DNA from: an uncultured Planctomycetota bacterium
GTDB lineage: Bacteria > Planctomycetota > Phycisphaerae > Tepidisphaerales > Tepidisphaeraceae
DNA: 64,000 bases
Direction: 5' to 3'
Assembly: GCA_963841915.1 (NCBI GenBank)
Contig: CAWJEN010000001.1
Location: 47,648 to 111,647 of the forward strand
In this document: positions 1 through 9,318 of the stretch, piece after piece
How the letters are laid out: every line of letters begins with the position of its first letter
Numbering within the stretch: position 1 is the first letter of the stretch
The notes under the pieces: model-generated
Database searches by the model: none
What the model saw: only the letters and a program-made list of their open reading frames with translations
Told to the model about the DNA's origin: nothing
Program-made: the position numbers and the translations under genes

Positions 1-640
1 AAGTGCGTGATCGGCTCGCCGTCGCGGATGGTCGACCCGTCGGCCCGCTTCAGCGGCGGGCGGATCGAGCAGTTGAGCGTGCCCTCGCCGAGGTCGCTCG
101 CCAGGGCGAGGTCCTTGAGGCCCTGCTGGTACTGGATGCCGATCTCATCGCACCCGAACAGATCGGCGAGGCGCACGGCGGCGATGTACATGCGGCACTG
201 GTCCAGCACCTGCCCTCGCGTCAACTCCGTCGCCTCGTCGTCGCCGAACCTGAAGTCGATGCCGCTCTGTTCGTACCAGTCAAAGACTGGCTTTTGCCTC
301 GTCGCTCGTCACCTCCCGCATGGCGACGTAGAGGGTCGACTGGCTCAGCCGCTCCTTGAGGACGTTCGTCGGGTGGAGCAGATCGTCGGGCACGATTGCG
401 TTGAACATGCCCATGCACCCCTAATCAAACACGCCGAGGATGGCGGGCCGGTCGCGCAGCTCGGCGGCGAGGGCCTCGCCCAGCTCGCGCTCGGCGGCGG
501 GCAGGTCGCCCAGGGCCCGCACGTGCGAGAGGTCGTGCTCGATCTTGCCCGCGTCGAGCCACGCTTTGAGCTTCTCGCGGAAGGCATCATCCTCGAACGA
601 CTCGGCCCACAGGAGCGAGTAGGGCTGGCCAGCACTGGGT
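1..640 (-). pseudogene. Degraded L-fucose/L-arabinose isomerase-like gene (5' part missing, runs off the window start)
   Basis: Manual translation gives PYSLLWAESFED...[37 protein letters not shown]...CRMYIAAVRLADLFGCDEIGIQYQQGLKD, which resembles fucose-isomerase-like proteins. In-frame TAG at 421-423, a frameshift near 283, and no recognisable N-terminus upstream of ~640. Confidence 0.6.
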
Positions 641-852
641 GTTGGCCGCGGGACGTAGGTCGCCGCTGGCGACGAGCAGGGCGGTCTTAAGCGGGAGGCG
701 AGCGGGCGGAGTCGCAGAGGGCAGGCGGTAGCTGGGCATGGTGATGCTTGAGGTGGTTGTCGATCGGTCTTAAGTGCCATTTCGGACACGTGTGGTGGCG
801 GAGGCACCGTCGCACCAGTCATCAGCCGCTCGCCGGAGGACGGGGCGTGATG

Positions 853-935
853 TTTGCAACATCCCGACTGCGGGTAGTCAATGTTCCCGCAAAATCTTCG
901 AAGCGGCCGGCAAATCGTGCCCCCGAATGTTGCAG
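853..935 (+). promoter_or_regulatory. Candidate operator: TTTGCAACATCC ... ATGTTGC inverted pair upstream of the 1074 gene
   Basis: The same 12-mer, followed by an inverted half-site at similar spacing, recurs upstream of the paralogous gene 7119..7976. Confidence 0.45.
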
Positions 936-1073
936 TCGGCCGGCGACGATGCGGTTGTATCTGTCAGGAATCGTAGTAGCCTTTAAGCCCGCAGATCTGG
1001 ATGGCGATGCGGTCAGCCCGCAGCCATTCGTTATGCATCTCAATACCCGTCGTCCGTCATCAGGAGGAACCCA

Positions 1074-1979
1074 ATGCTCAACCGCCCCATCCGCCGCGCC
1101 GCGGCAGCCGCCGTCGCCACCGCCGCTCTCGCCGCAAGCACCTCGTCCGCCGCGATACTGCTGAGCGAGTCTTTCGATTACGCCCCCGGTGCCCTAGCCG
1201 GCAACAACGGCGGCACTGGGTTCAGCAGCGCATGGTCAACGGAGGTCGGTAGTGCGGTCACCGGTGGCAGCTCGAGCGTCGTCGCTGGCAGCATCGCGTT
1301 CAGCGATTACGCGACGTCGGGCAACAAGCTTGTGATGGACATGGGAACCGTCTCCGGGTTCACGTCGATCACGAGCTCACGAGAGAGCGCAGCAGCCGCC
1401 TCGACCGGCGATCTTTTCACGAGCTTCCTCTACCAAGCCGGCTCATTCTCTTCGAACAGCAGTCGGACGGCAGAGTTGCGGTTTGAAGACCCGAGCATCA
1501 AGTTCGGCAGTGCCGCCAAGGGCTCGGGCACAGCTACCGCCGAAGTTCGCTACGACGGTGTCGATGGCGACGTAGCCGGCCGCGAGCGCTTCGGCAACCT
1601 GCAGAACGGCTCGGCGTTCCTCATCATCACGAAGTACAGCAATCTGGGCGTCGACGGTGCCAGTGCTCGACTGTGGGCGCTCAACGCGACCGGCTACGAC
1701 GCGATCAGCGACGGTGGGATCACCGAGGCGGAGCTCGACACGGCGGCCTTCGCCATTTCGGTCGATTCACAAAGCGCGACGACCAGCAACGTCCTGACGA
1801 GCGGCGACCTCTTCCGGATTGGTTTGTACTCGAGTCAGACACCGTTTTCGGCAAGTTTCGATGAGTTCCGGGCCGGCACGTCGCTGGCCGACGTGACGGC
1901 TGTGCCGGAGCCGGCGTCCGCGGTGGCGGTGGTTGGCCTCGCGGGTCTGCTGCTGGGTCGGCGTCGCGCCTCGGCGTGA
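1074..1979 (+). CDS. PEP-CTERM sorting domain-containing secreted protein
   Basis: Signal-like N-terminus, GGAGG RBS, C-terminal VPEP + hydrophobic helix + RRR. Confidence 0.9.
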   Translation: MLNRPIRRAAAAAVATAALAASTSSAAILLSESFDYAPGALAGNNGGTGFSSAWSTEVGSAVTGGSSSVVAGSIAFSDYATSGNKLVMDMGTVSGFTSITSSRESAAAASTGDLFTSFLYQAGSFSSNSSRTAELRFEDPSIKFGSAAKGSGTATAEVRYDGVDGDVAGRERFGNLQNGSAFLIITKYSNLGVDGASARLWALNATGYDAISDGGITEAELDTAAFAISVDSQSATTSNVLTSGDLFRIGLYSSQTPFSASFDEFRAGTSLADVTAVPEPASAVAVVGLAGLLLGRRRASA

Positions 1980-2078
1980 TTGACGCCGGCGTCTCGACCC
2001 CCTCCACACCGGCGGCCCGCGGCTCACGCTCGGGTCGCCGTTTTGCCGTCCACTGCTCGATCTATTCACGCGCCGCCC

Positions 2079-5000
2079 ATGAAGTACGTTCACCTCGTCG
2101 TCGCCACCACTCTGCTCGCGACCGCCTCCGCTCCGGCGCAGACCCCGGAGACTTCGCTGACCTTCGGCGTCAGCTTCGACCACGGCCTCAACGCCGACAC
2201 CGCCGCCGGCAACGGGATGGCCGTCGCCCACCCGCGTGTCCAAGTCATCGACGAAGAGGGCCGCGGCGGCGTGATCAAGCTCGAGCCGTATCAGTGGCTT
2301 TGCTACGACATCGAGGGCAACCTCGAGCTCGACGAAGGGACGATCCACCTCCGCGTCCGCCCGGACATCGACCCCGCCGCCTGGAAGAAGGGCGGCGGCA
2401 TGGGTGAGGGCCTCCAGCACCTCGTCACCGCCAACGTGCGGACGCGCAACGAACTGCGCGTCTACTTCGATTTCCGCGGCGAGAAGGGCGAGCCCCCGAC
2501 GCTCAACTTCGGCTTCAAGAACCCCGAGCTGTCGGGCAACGTGGAGATCGCCGACGTGTCGGGCTGGAAGGCCGGGGAGTGGCACGATGTGAGCGTCTCG
2601 TGGCAAAAGCCCAACAAGGTCAGCGGCAGAGTCGATGGTGGCGAATGGGTCGAGAAGCGGACCGGCGCTTGGCCGCAACTGCCGGAGGCTGACCTGTACG
2701 ACCTCTATGTCGGCGGCAACGCGGTGCTCGTCGATGGATCGCCAACCGGCAGCTTTCGCACGTTCCAAGGGGCGATCGACGATCTGACTGTGTACGACGC
2801 GTGGCAGGCGGAGCCGGTGAGCGCGATCTCGGTCGATCCGGAGCTGACGCTTGACCTGCCGACGCCGGAATGGTCGCAGGCATTGCCCGCGCGGGTGGTG
2901 GTGGGGCTGTCGGAGGCCGAGGGCGACTGGGCGACGCGGCCTGTTGAAGCGACGGTCACGCCGGCGCACGGCTGGTCGGAACTCGACGCCGCCGGGCGAC
3001 GACGGGCGGTCGACGCGCTGCGCGTCGTTGCGTACGACGCGAGTACCGGAAAGCCTCGCGACGGGCTCGTGCCCTTCAGCGTCAGCGACGAGGCCTACTG
3101 GGCCGATACGTTCAACGTTCGCTTCAATCATGAGGGCGAGCTGCCGGCGCTGTACGCGGTCTACTACGACGTCGACCCGTCCGACGACGTCGAGACGGAG
3201 CCGGCGACGGTGCCGATGGTCGGCGTGGGCGAGCGGCTGCTGATCGGGGACAAGGAGACGGTCGACGTGCTCGGCCTGGGACTGCGCGGCGTGTTCGACG
3301 TCGGCGACCTCGACGGCGACGGCGACCTCGACGTCTGGTACGCCAGCGGCTACCAGAACGTGAACTCCCGCGACATGCTCAACGGGCACTTCTTCCTGGA
3401 GAACCTCGGCAACCAGGGCACGGCCGCGCCGGTGCTCGCGGCACCGCAGCTCATCTTCAATGGCACGCTGCCGACGGGCGTGATCCGCTCGAACATGACG
3501 CCGCAGCTCATCGACATCAACGGCGACGACAAGCTCGACCTCTTCTACTACTCCGTTAAGCACACGTTCTGGATCGAGTGGAGCCTGCAAAAGGGGCGTC
3601 CGACGATCGAACGGTTGCACGACGTGCGGATCAAGACCGACGCCAAGAACGAGCGCGGCCGCCTCATCGACTGGGACGGCGACGGCAAGCTCGACCTGCT
3701 CCGCGGCAAGACGATCATGTTCGCCCAGCCCGAGCAGGGCGGCGAAATGTTCTTCACCGACGAGCACAGCCAGGACCTTGAGATCGGGTCCGTCGCCGAC
3801 GCCGATTGGAAGTCGAGCCCGCTCGGCCTGACCCCCGTTGACTTCGACGGCGACGGGCGGATGGAGCTCATCGCCGGGAATTGGGTCACCAAGCTCTACC
3901 TCCACGAGCCGACAGGCGATGGCCTGTACGACTACGGGCCCGGCAAGCTCCTGACGACCCACGACGACCACGAACTTCAGATGCCGGGCGTCTTTCCCGT
4001 GCCGATCCCGGCCGACTGGGACGGCGACGGCGACCTCGACCTGCTGTGGAGCACCGAGGCCGGCAGCCTCGGCTACTTCGAGAACATCGCCGGCCCCAAG
4101 GCGAAGCCGAAGTTGCTGCAAAATCGCTTCGTCCTCTGCCATCGCCCGATGATCGACGGCGGCGCGCTGTCGATCCCGTGGCCCGTCGACTGGGACGACG
4201 ACGGCGACCTCGACCTCGTGCTTGGCTCGTCCAACGAGTACATCTACTACCACGAGAACCTCGGCGACGAGAAGCAGGCGGTATGGGGACCGCGTGAGGA
4301 ACTCGTCGGCTCGGGCCAGCGGATTGAGTATCGCGCCGGTCTCGACGGCTCGCTCCTCGGGCCGCAGGAGGCGGACTGGGGCTACATCAATCCGCTCGTC
4401 GTCGATTTCGATGGCGACGGGCTCAAGGACCTGATCTACTCCGGCGTTCGCGGCGATCACTGGTACTACCGCAACATCGGCAGGCCCGGCCGACCGCAAC
4501 TCGACGGCGGGCGCTTGATCCGCGTCGAGTGGGGCGAGGGCGGACGCAAGACGCCGGAGTGGCTGCGATTTGAACCGCAGGGCGACGAGCTGCTCACCGC
4601 GCACCGTTCACGCCCGGCCGTTCTCGATTGGAACGGTGACGGCGTCAACGACTACGTGACGCTCGACCACGAGAGCCGCTGGGCGGTCTATCTCGGCAAG
4701 CGTGTCGACAACGGCGAGGTGATCCTGTCGCCGGGGCAGCACTTGTTCGAGCCGATTGGCGAGTTCTCGCAGGGCTTGGTCTGGAACCGCCGCGACGTCG
4801 ACGCCGACGACTGGCGCCCGCACTACGCCGGCCGGACCGTCACGCAGCTCATCGACTGGGACGAGGACGGCGACCGCGACCTGATCCTCGACAACATCAA
4901 CGCCCGCTTCTACGAGAACACGGGCACCGACGCGAAGCCGAAGTTCGAGGACCGCGGTGACCTCGCAAAGGCACGCCTAGCCATGCACAACTCGGGTCCC

Positions 5001-5147
5001 ACCGCCGCCGACATGAACGGCGACGGTCACCTCGACCTTGTGGTCGGGACCGAGTCGGGCTTGATTCACTACTTCAGCCGCGCCTTTCTCGAGGGCGGAT
5101 CGCCGCGCGCGATCGTCCTTTCCGACGAAACCCGAACCGGCAACTGA
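2079..5147 (+). CDS. Secreted protein with an N-terminal LamG/ConA-like domain and FG-GAP (DxDGDGxxDL) repeat beta-propeller
   Basis: Signal peptide MKYVHLVVATTLLATASA; LamG-like GEWHDVSVSW...FQGAIDDLTVY; many D(W/F/L)DGDGxLDL repeats. Confidence 0.85.
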   Translation: MKYVHLVVATTLLATASAPAQTPETSLTFGVSFDHGLNADTAAGNGMAVAHPRVQVIDEEGRGGVIKLEPYQWLCYDIEGNLELDEGTIHLRVRPDIDPAAWKKGGGMGEGLQHLVTANVRTRNELRVYFDFRGEKGEPPTLNFGFKNPELSGNVEIADVSGWKAGEWHDVSVSWQKPNKVSGRVDGGEWVEKRTGAWPQLPEADLYDLYVGGNAVLVDGSPTGSFRTFQGAIDDLTVYDAWQAEPVSAISVDPELTLDLPTPEWSQALPARVVVGLSEAEGDWATRPVEATVTPAHGWSELDAAGRRRAVDALRVVAYDASTGKPRDGLVPFSVSDEAYWADTFNVRFNHEGELPALYAVYYDVDPSDDVETEPATVPMVGVGERLLIGDKETVDVLGLGLRGVFDVGDLDGDGDLDVWYASGYQNVNSRDMLNGHFFLENLGNQGTAAPVLAAPQLIFNGTLPTGVIRSNMTPQLIDINGDDKLDLFYYSVKHTFWIEWSLQKGRPTIERLHDVRIKTDAKNERGRLIDWDGDGKLDLLRGKTIMFAQPEQGGEMFFTDEHSQDLEIGSVADADWKSSPLGLTPVDFDGDGRMELIAGNWVTKLYLHEPTGDGLYDYGPGKLLTTHDDHELQMPGVFPVPIPADWDGDGDLDLLWSTEAGSLGYFENIAGPKAKPKLLQNRFVLCHRPMIDGGALSIPWPVDWDDDGDLDLVLGSSNEYIYYHENLGDEKQAVWGPREELVGSGQRIEYRAGLDGSLLGPQEADWGYINPLVVDFDGDGLKDLIYSGVRGDHWYYRNIGRPGRPQLDGGRLIRVEWGEGGRKTPEWLRFEPQGDELLTAHRSRPAVLDWNGDGVNDYVTLDHESRWAVYLGKRVDNGEVILSPGQHLFEPIGEFSQGLVWNRRDVDADDWRPHYAGRTVTQLIDWDEDGDRDLILDNINARFYENTGTDAKPKFEDRGDLAKARLAMHNSGPTAADMNGDGHLDLVVGTESGLIHYFSRAFLEGGSPRAIVLSDETRTGN

Positions 5148-5149
5148 CC

Positions 5150-6118
5150 ATGACGCTCGCCGAACCCACGCAAGCCGCCGCACGCTCGACCGACGCGCTC
5201 CCGCAGGGAACGTGGCCGGTGATGCTCACCCCGTTCACCCAGAGCGGCGACGTCGATCATGACGGGCTGGCGGCGCTGGTCGAGTGGTACCTCGAAGGCG
5301 GCGCGGCCGGCCTTTTCGCGTTGTGCCTGTCGAGCGAATCTTTCGAGCTCAAGCCGGCCGAAAAGGCGGCCGTGCTGGCGACGGTGGTGCGTTGCAACGA
5401 CGACCGCGTGCCGATCGTTGCCGGCACCCTCGGCGGCCCCAGCTCTCAAGATGCACGGGCGTTTCGCGATCACGTCAACGCAATTCTTGACGCCGGCGTG
5501 GTGTCCGTCGTCCTGAGCACGTCCGAGATCTGCGTTGAGGGCGTGGACGAGGAGGCCTTCATCGAGCAGTTGGAGCGCACCTTCGAACTCGTGCCCAACG
5601 CGAACTTCGGCCTCTACGAATGCCCGAAGCCTTACAAGCGCCTGATCGGCCCCGAGGCGGAGCGATGGGCGGGGGCATCGGGTCGCGTGTCGTTCGTGAA
5701 GGACACGTGCTGCGACCGCGACATGATCCTGCGGCGTCGCGACGCGTGGGGCGGCACGCCAGTGCAGCACTTCGACGCCTTCGCGCCCAACCTCCTTTTC
5801 TCAATGCAGAATGGTGCCGACGGCTACAGCGGCATCGGGAGCAACCTGTTCACGCCGCTGACGTCGTGGCTTTGCGATCATTTTGCCGCGCAGCCCGAAC
5901 TCGCGGATCGCGTGCAGGCGTTCCTGACGAAGACAAAGGCGGACGTGAACCACCGCTACCCGACCGCCGCGAAGGCGTACCTGCGCGACCATGCTGGCCT
6001 GCCGATCGGCGTCGGGTCGAGGATGTCGCCGTGCGACCTTGATGGTGCCGACCTCGACCTCCTCGCGCGCCTGGCAAGCGAGGCGAAGGACCTCGAGGTC
6101 GCGTGCGGCTTGCGATAG
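5150..6118 (+). CDS. Dihydrodipicolinate synthase/N-acetylneuraminate lyase family aldolase
   Basis: WPVMLTPF, LYECP and the Schiff-base lysine in FVKDTCC, typical of the DHDPS family. Confidence 0.85.
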   Translation: MTLAEPTQAAARSTDALPQGTWPVMLTPFTQSGDVDHDGLAALVEWYLEGGAAGLFALCLSSESFELKPAEKAAVLATVVRCNDDRVPIVAGTLGGPSSQDARAFRDHVNAILDAGVVSVVLSTSEICVEGVDEEAFIEQLERTFELVPNANFGLYECPKPYKRLIGPEAERWAGASGRVSFVKDTCCDRDMILRRRDAWGGTPVQHFDAFAPNLLFSMQNGADGYSGIGSNLFTPLTSWLCDHFAAQPELADRVQAFLTKTKADVNHRYPTAAKAYLRDHAGLPIGVGSRMSPCDLDGADLDLLARLASEAKDLEVACGLR

Positions 6119-6150
6119 CCTGGCCATCCCAAGGAGGATGAGTGAGATGA

Positions 6151-6184
6151 GCCCGCCCGTGTCGCGACGCGACTCGGGCGGGCT
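6151..6184. terminator. GC-rich hairpin between convergent genes (possible bidirectional terminator)
   Basis: gcccgcccg-tgtcgc...gcgac-tcgggcgggc inverted repeat. Confidence 0.45.
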
Positions 6185-6228
6185 CGTAGGAGATCGCCGG
6201 CGAAAAGGCTTGACCGTCGCCCGATCCG

Positions 6229-7056
6229 CTACTGAAACCAGAACGGTCGGCCGAGGCGGAGAGGATTCGCATAACCAACGACGTCCGGCTCGAAGGCGTC
6301 TGTACCGTTGATGAGGATGCCGAGGTTCCGCGAGGTGTCCTCTTCCGCCAGCACCGACTCACCGTGCCCGTCGGCGAACGCGAAGTTGCGTCGATTCTCG
6401 TGGGCCTTGCGAATCTCGCTACCGTCGGCATAGCGGGCCCAGCCACTCCAAGCGCTCTGGGCGATCGTGAACTGCCCGATCGGCGAGTTGTAACCCGCGG
6501 CCGCCGGCGGTGCGTAGGGACGGACGATGGACGCGGTCCGCTCCGTGTCGTCTTCGCCGAACGCGGCGACGGTGCTCGACTGCGGGATCTGCTTGACGCC
6601 GAACTGCGTGATCATGCCGTTGGCGAAGTACGAGAGGCGCTTGTCCTGATCGTTGAGGTCGCCGCGGATGCTGTGGATGGTCGGGCAGTAGAGCCAGCCT
6701 TTCGTCGTCTCCATCTCGGTGTACTCGAGCAGGTGTCGCGCCCAGCTCGTCGCGGTCGTCGTCGGGAAGAGCGCGTCGCTGACCCCAGGACTCGACGCTC
6801 CTTGGTACGGGAAGTTCCCCTGGTTCTCAGCCATGTAGCCGGTCGCGGCGACCATCATCTGCCGCAGGTTGCTCATGCAGGCGATCCGCTTCGACGACTC
6901 GCGGGCCCGATTGAGCGTCGGCAGCAGAATCGAGATGAGGAGCGCGATGATCCCGATGACCACCAGCAGTTCGACGAGCGTAAAGCCTCGTCGAGCCGGA
7001 CGGGATCGCACGCTCGCTTGGAATGGGTGGCAACTCTGGTTCTTATCAACTTTCAT
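6229..7056 (-). CDS. Prepilin-type N-terminal cleavage/methylation protein with H-X9-DG motif (DUF1559-like)
   Basis: [43 protein letters not shown]; strong GAGGAGG RBS. Confidence 0.9.
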   Translation of the reverse strand: MKVDKNQSCHPFQASVRSRPARRGFTLVELLVVIGIIALLISILLPTLNRARESSKRIACMSNLRQMMVAATGYMAENQGNFPYQGASSPGVSDALFPTTTATSWARHLLEYTEMETTKGWLYCPTIHSIRGDLNDQDKRLSYFANGMITQFGVKQIPQSSTVAAFGEDDTERTASIVRPYAPPAAAGYNSPIGQFTIAQSAWSGWARYADGSEIRKAHENRRNFAFADGHGESVLAEEDTSRNLGILINGTDAFEPDVVGYANPLRLGRPFWFQ

Positions 7057-7118
7057 CGAAAATCCTCCTCAATATGCGTTCGATTGAGCGATCCCTCTCC
7101 GCCCACTCCCGCCGCGCG

Positions 7119-7976
7119 TCAATCCGACGCGGCTGGAAGCACCGCGGCGGCGGAAGCACCGACGCGAATCTCGTCGACGTCGAAGGCGAACGGGGTCGCG
7201 CTCGTGGCGAGCATCATCGAGAGCTTGTCGCCCTCGGCGAGCACGTCGACGACGTTGGTCGTGTCGACCGCCTGGAGCATCGCAGACTCGTCGAGCTCCT
7301 GCTCGGTGATGCCGCCGTCCTTGATGTCGTCGTACGCCGAGGCAGACAACACCCAGCTTGTCCCCGTCCCGCCTTTAAGTCCGAGGTCGGTGAAGCGGGA
7401 GACGATGAGGTAGCTATCGCCGTCTTGCAAGCTCGCATCGTCAGACTCGGCCTTGGCGGCCTTGCCGGTGAACTTCCCGTCATACCGCACGGCCACGCCG
7501 TCGCCGCCCGTGTACTTGGCGTCGGTGCTAAGCTTCACGCTGCCGTCGCTGAACGACAGCGATGCCGCCCGGCTGCGACGGGCCGCGCCGCCGTCCTTCC
7601 GCTGGTAGAGGTAGCTCACCCAGAGATCGCCGGAGGTGGCCGAAACGCCGACGTCGCGACTCGCATCCACTTGGTCGAAGTCATCCTGCTCTGTGAGTTC
7701 AAGCGACAGGCGATTGCCGCTGACCGGAAAGTCGCTGAAGGCGATGCTGCCTTCGCTGACCGTCGCTGTGCCGGTCGCGCCGTCGCTCACGGTCACCAGC
7801 CAGGGCGACGCGAAGCCTTCGCCGCCGTCCATCGCCGCGAGGTCGCCCACGTCGTAGGTGAAGGATTCGCTCAGCAACATGCCCTCCTGCGCCGACGCGA
7901 TCGCCGACGGCACGAGCAGGCAGGCGGCAAGCAGGGCGGCTTGAACGGGACGATTTAGACAGTTCGGCGGCAACAT
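7119..7976 (-). CDS. Secreted protein paralogous to the PEP-CTERM protein 1074..1979 but lacking the PEP-CTERM tail
   Basis: Shared blocks LLSESFxY, GSIAFSD, SGN(K/R)L, VRYDG, YDxIxDGGITExELD, DE(F/I)RxG; signal peptide present. Confidence 0.85.
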   Translation of the reverse strand: MLPPNCLNRPVQAALLAACLLVPSAIASAQEGMLLSESFTYDVGDLAAMDGGEGFASPWLVTVSDGATGTATVSEGSIAFSDFPVSGNRLSLELTEQDDFDQVDASRDVGVSATSGDLWVSYLYQRKDGGAARRSRAASLSFSDGSVKLSTDAKYTGGDGVAVRYDGKFTGKAAKAESDDASLQDGDSYLIVSRFTDLGLKGGTGTSWVLSASAYDDIKDGGITEQELDESAMLQAVDTTNVVDVLAEGDKLSMMLATSATPFAFDVDEIRVGASAAAVLPAASD

Positions 7977-8083
7977 TGGTCTCCTCGACTGGGCTCACTC
8001 GGCGACGGCTCCCGTCGTCACTCCTCACCGCCAAGAGTACCAGCAGGCGGTCCCGCGTAGAACCGACCTCGGCAGGCGTCGTC

Positions 8084-8162
8084 GCAACATCAGGCGGCTG
8101 CAAAGCGACGCATTGCAGCAGAAAACGATCATTTCCAGAACGTCGTCCAAGGATGTTGCAAA
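8084..8162 (-). promoter_or_regulatory. Candidate operator, second copy of the TTTGCAACATCC ... ATGTTGC arrangement
   Basis: ggatgttgcaaa at 8151-8162 and gcaacat at 8084-8090, in the same orientation relative to the downstream gene as the copy at 853-935. Confidence 0.45.
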
Positions 8163-8175
8163 GAATGAGTCGCGC

Positions 8176-9198
8176 TCAAGGCTCAACCAACTGTGCGTTG
8201 AGCGCTAGCGATCGGCGTGGCGGCCTGCCCGGTCGCGTTATTGCCGCCATCAGCATCTCGACGGCACAGCGACCTACGACCTCCTCCGCCAAGTCGATCG
8301 TCGCCGGCCGCGGGTCGAGTCCGGCTAGATAAGGTTCCTCGCACCCGCACGAAACGATCGGCAACTGCTCCATCGGCCTAACGCCGCGCCGCTGAAGCAG
8401 TGGGTACAGCGACGCCGTGTACAGATCGCTTGGAACGAACAACCCGCCGAGCGGCTGTCGTGCCGCAAGCGCTTTGGCCACGGCGTCGGCGACCGGCGTG
8501 AGCATGCGCGTCAGCGTCTCGCCCCGCCGAGGCGCGCCTGCCGGGCGCGGCAGGGCATTGAATGCGAGGCATGTCCGCCCAGCGTCCTCCACCGCGAGCG
8601 AGAACGTGTGCGTTCGGCGCTGCAGCGCGATCTCGCGCGACCCGAACGAAACATAGCCGATGGGCCCACGGCTCTGCTTCAACAGGTACTCGGCGGCCAG
8701 GTCGCCCGTCGCCTCGTTGCCGAGCATCACGCGCGAGCGGTCCTCGTGCTGCGTGCTCGTCAGCCACACCGCCGGCACGCTCGGCAACTTCCGCATCAAC
8801 TCCGGCGACGGTTCCGAGCCGGCGAGCAGCATCCCGTCGATCATGCCGAGCTGAACGTTGGGCGGCAGGCGGTTGAGGTGGTTGGCGACGACGAGGTTCA
8901 GACCGAGGTCCGCCAGCGCAGCGCCGATGCCGACGAGCAGCTTGACGAACAGGTGCGGGTGGAACTCGTATCCGCGGTCGAGCATGACGAGCGCGACCTG
9001 TCGATGGCGAATCGCGTTGCGACGCGATTTGGCCATGCCCTGCCGCCGGTAGATCGGCGGCGGGGCATAGCCGCATCGCTGGATGGCCTCGGTGACGCGT
9101 TGCACGGTCGCCAGCGCCGGGCCGGGCTGGCCGTTCATGACGCGCGACACCGTGGACTTGCTCACCTTCGCCAGCTTCGCCACTTCGTCGAGCGTCAC
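8176..9198 (-). CDS. LacI-family transcriptional regulator (alternative start at 9261)
   Basis: VTLDEVAKLAKVSKSTVSRVMN helix-turn-helix followed by a periplasmic-binding-protein-like domain. Confidence 0.9.
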   Translation of the reverse strand: MTLDEVAKLAKVSKSTVSRVMNGQPGPALATVQRVTEAIQRCGYAPPPIYRRQGMAKSRRNAIRHRQVALVMLDRGYEFHPHLFVKLLVGIGAALADLGLNLVVANHLNRLPPNVQLGMIDGMLLAGSEPSPELMRKLPSVPAVWLTSTQHEDRSRVMLGNEATGDLAAEYLLKQSRGPIGYVSFGSREIALQRRTHTFSLAVEDAGRTCLAFNALPRPAGAPRRGETLTRMLTPVADAVAKALAARQPLGGLFVPSDLYTASLYPLLQRRGVRPMEQLPIVSCGCEEPYLAGLDPRPATIDLAEEVVGRCAVEMLMAAITRPGRPPRRSLALNAQLVEP

Positions 9199-9234
9199 GA
9201 ACGGAGCGTAGCGGGAACTCGCCGCGACCGCCGC

Positions 9235-9264
9235 TTGACATGCCGCTTGTAAACCAGACATGAT
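9235..9264 (+). promoter_or_regulatory. Possible sigma70 promoter for the sulfatase
   Basis: TTGACA (9235-9240), 18-nt spacer, CATGAT; lies in the divergent LacI/sulfatase intergenic region. Confidence 0.35.
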
Positions 9265-9318
9265 TGCGGCTCGACGTCACCCTCCAAGACGGCGACCTAC
9301 CTTCCCCAGGAGCAGCTC

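Noticed and set aside
1767..4604. 945-aa antisense ORF (likewise 23122..24966 -, 58040..59632 +, 30355..31767 -)
   Set aside because: Shadow ORFs from high GC and codon bias opposite well-supported genes; no motifs.
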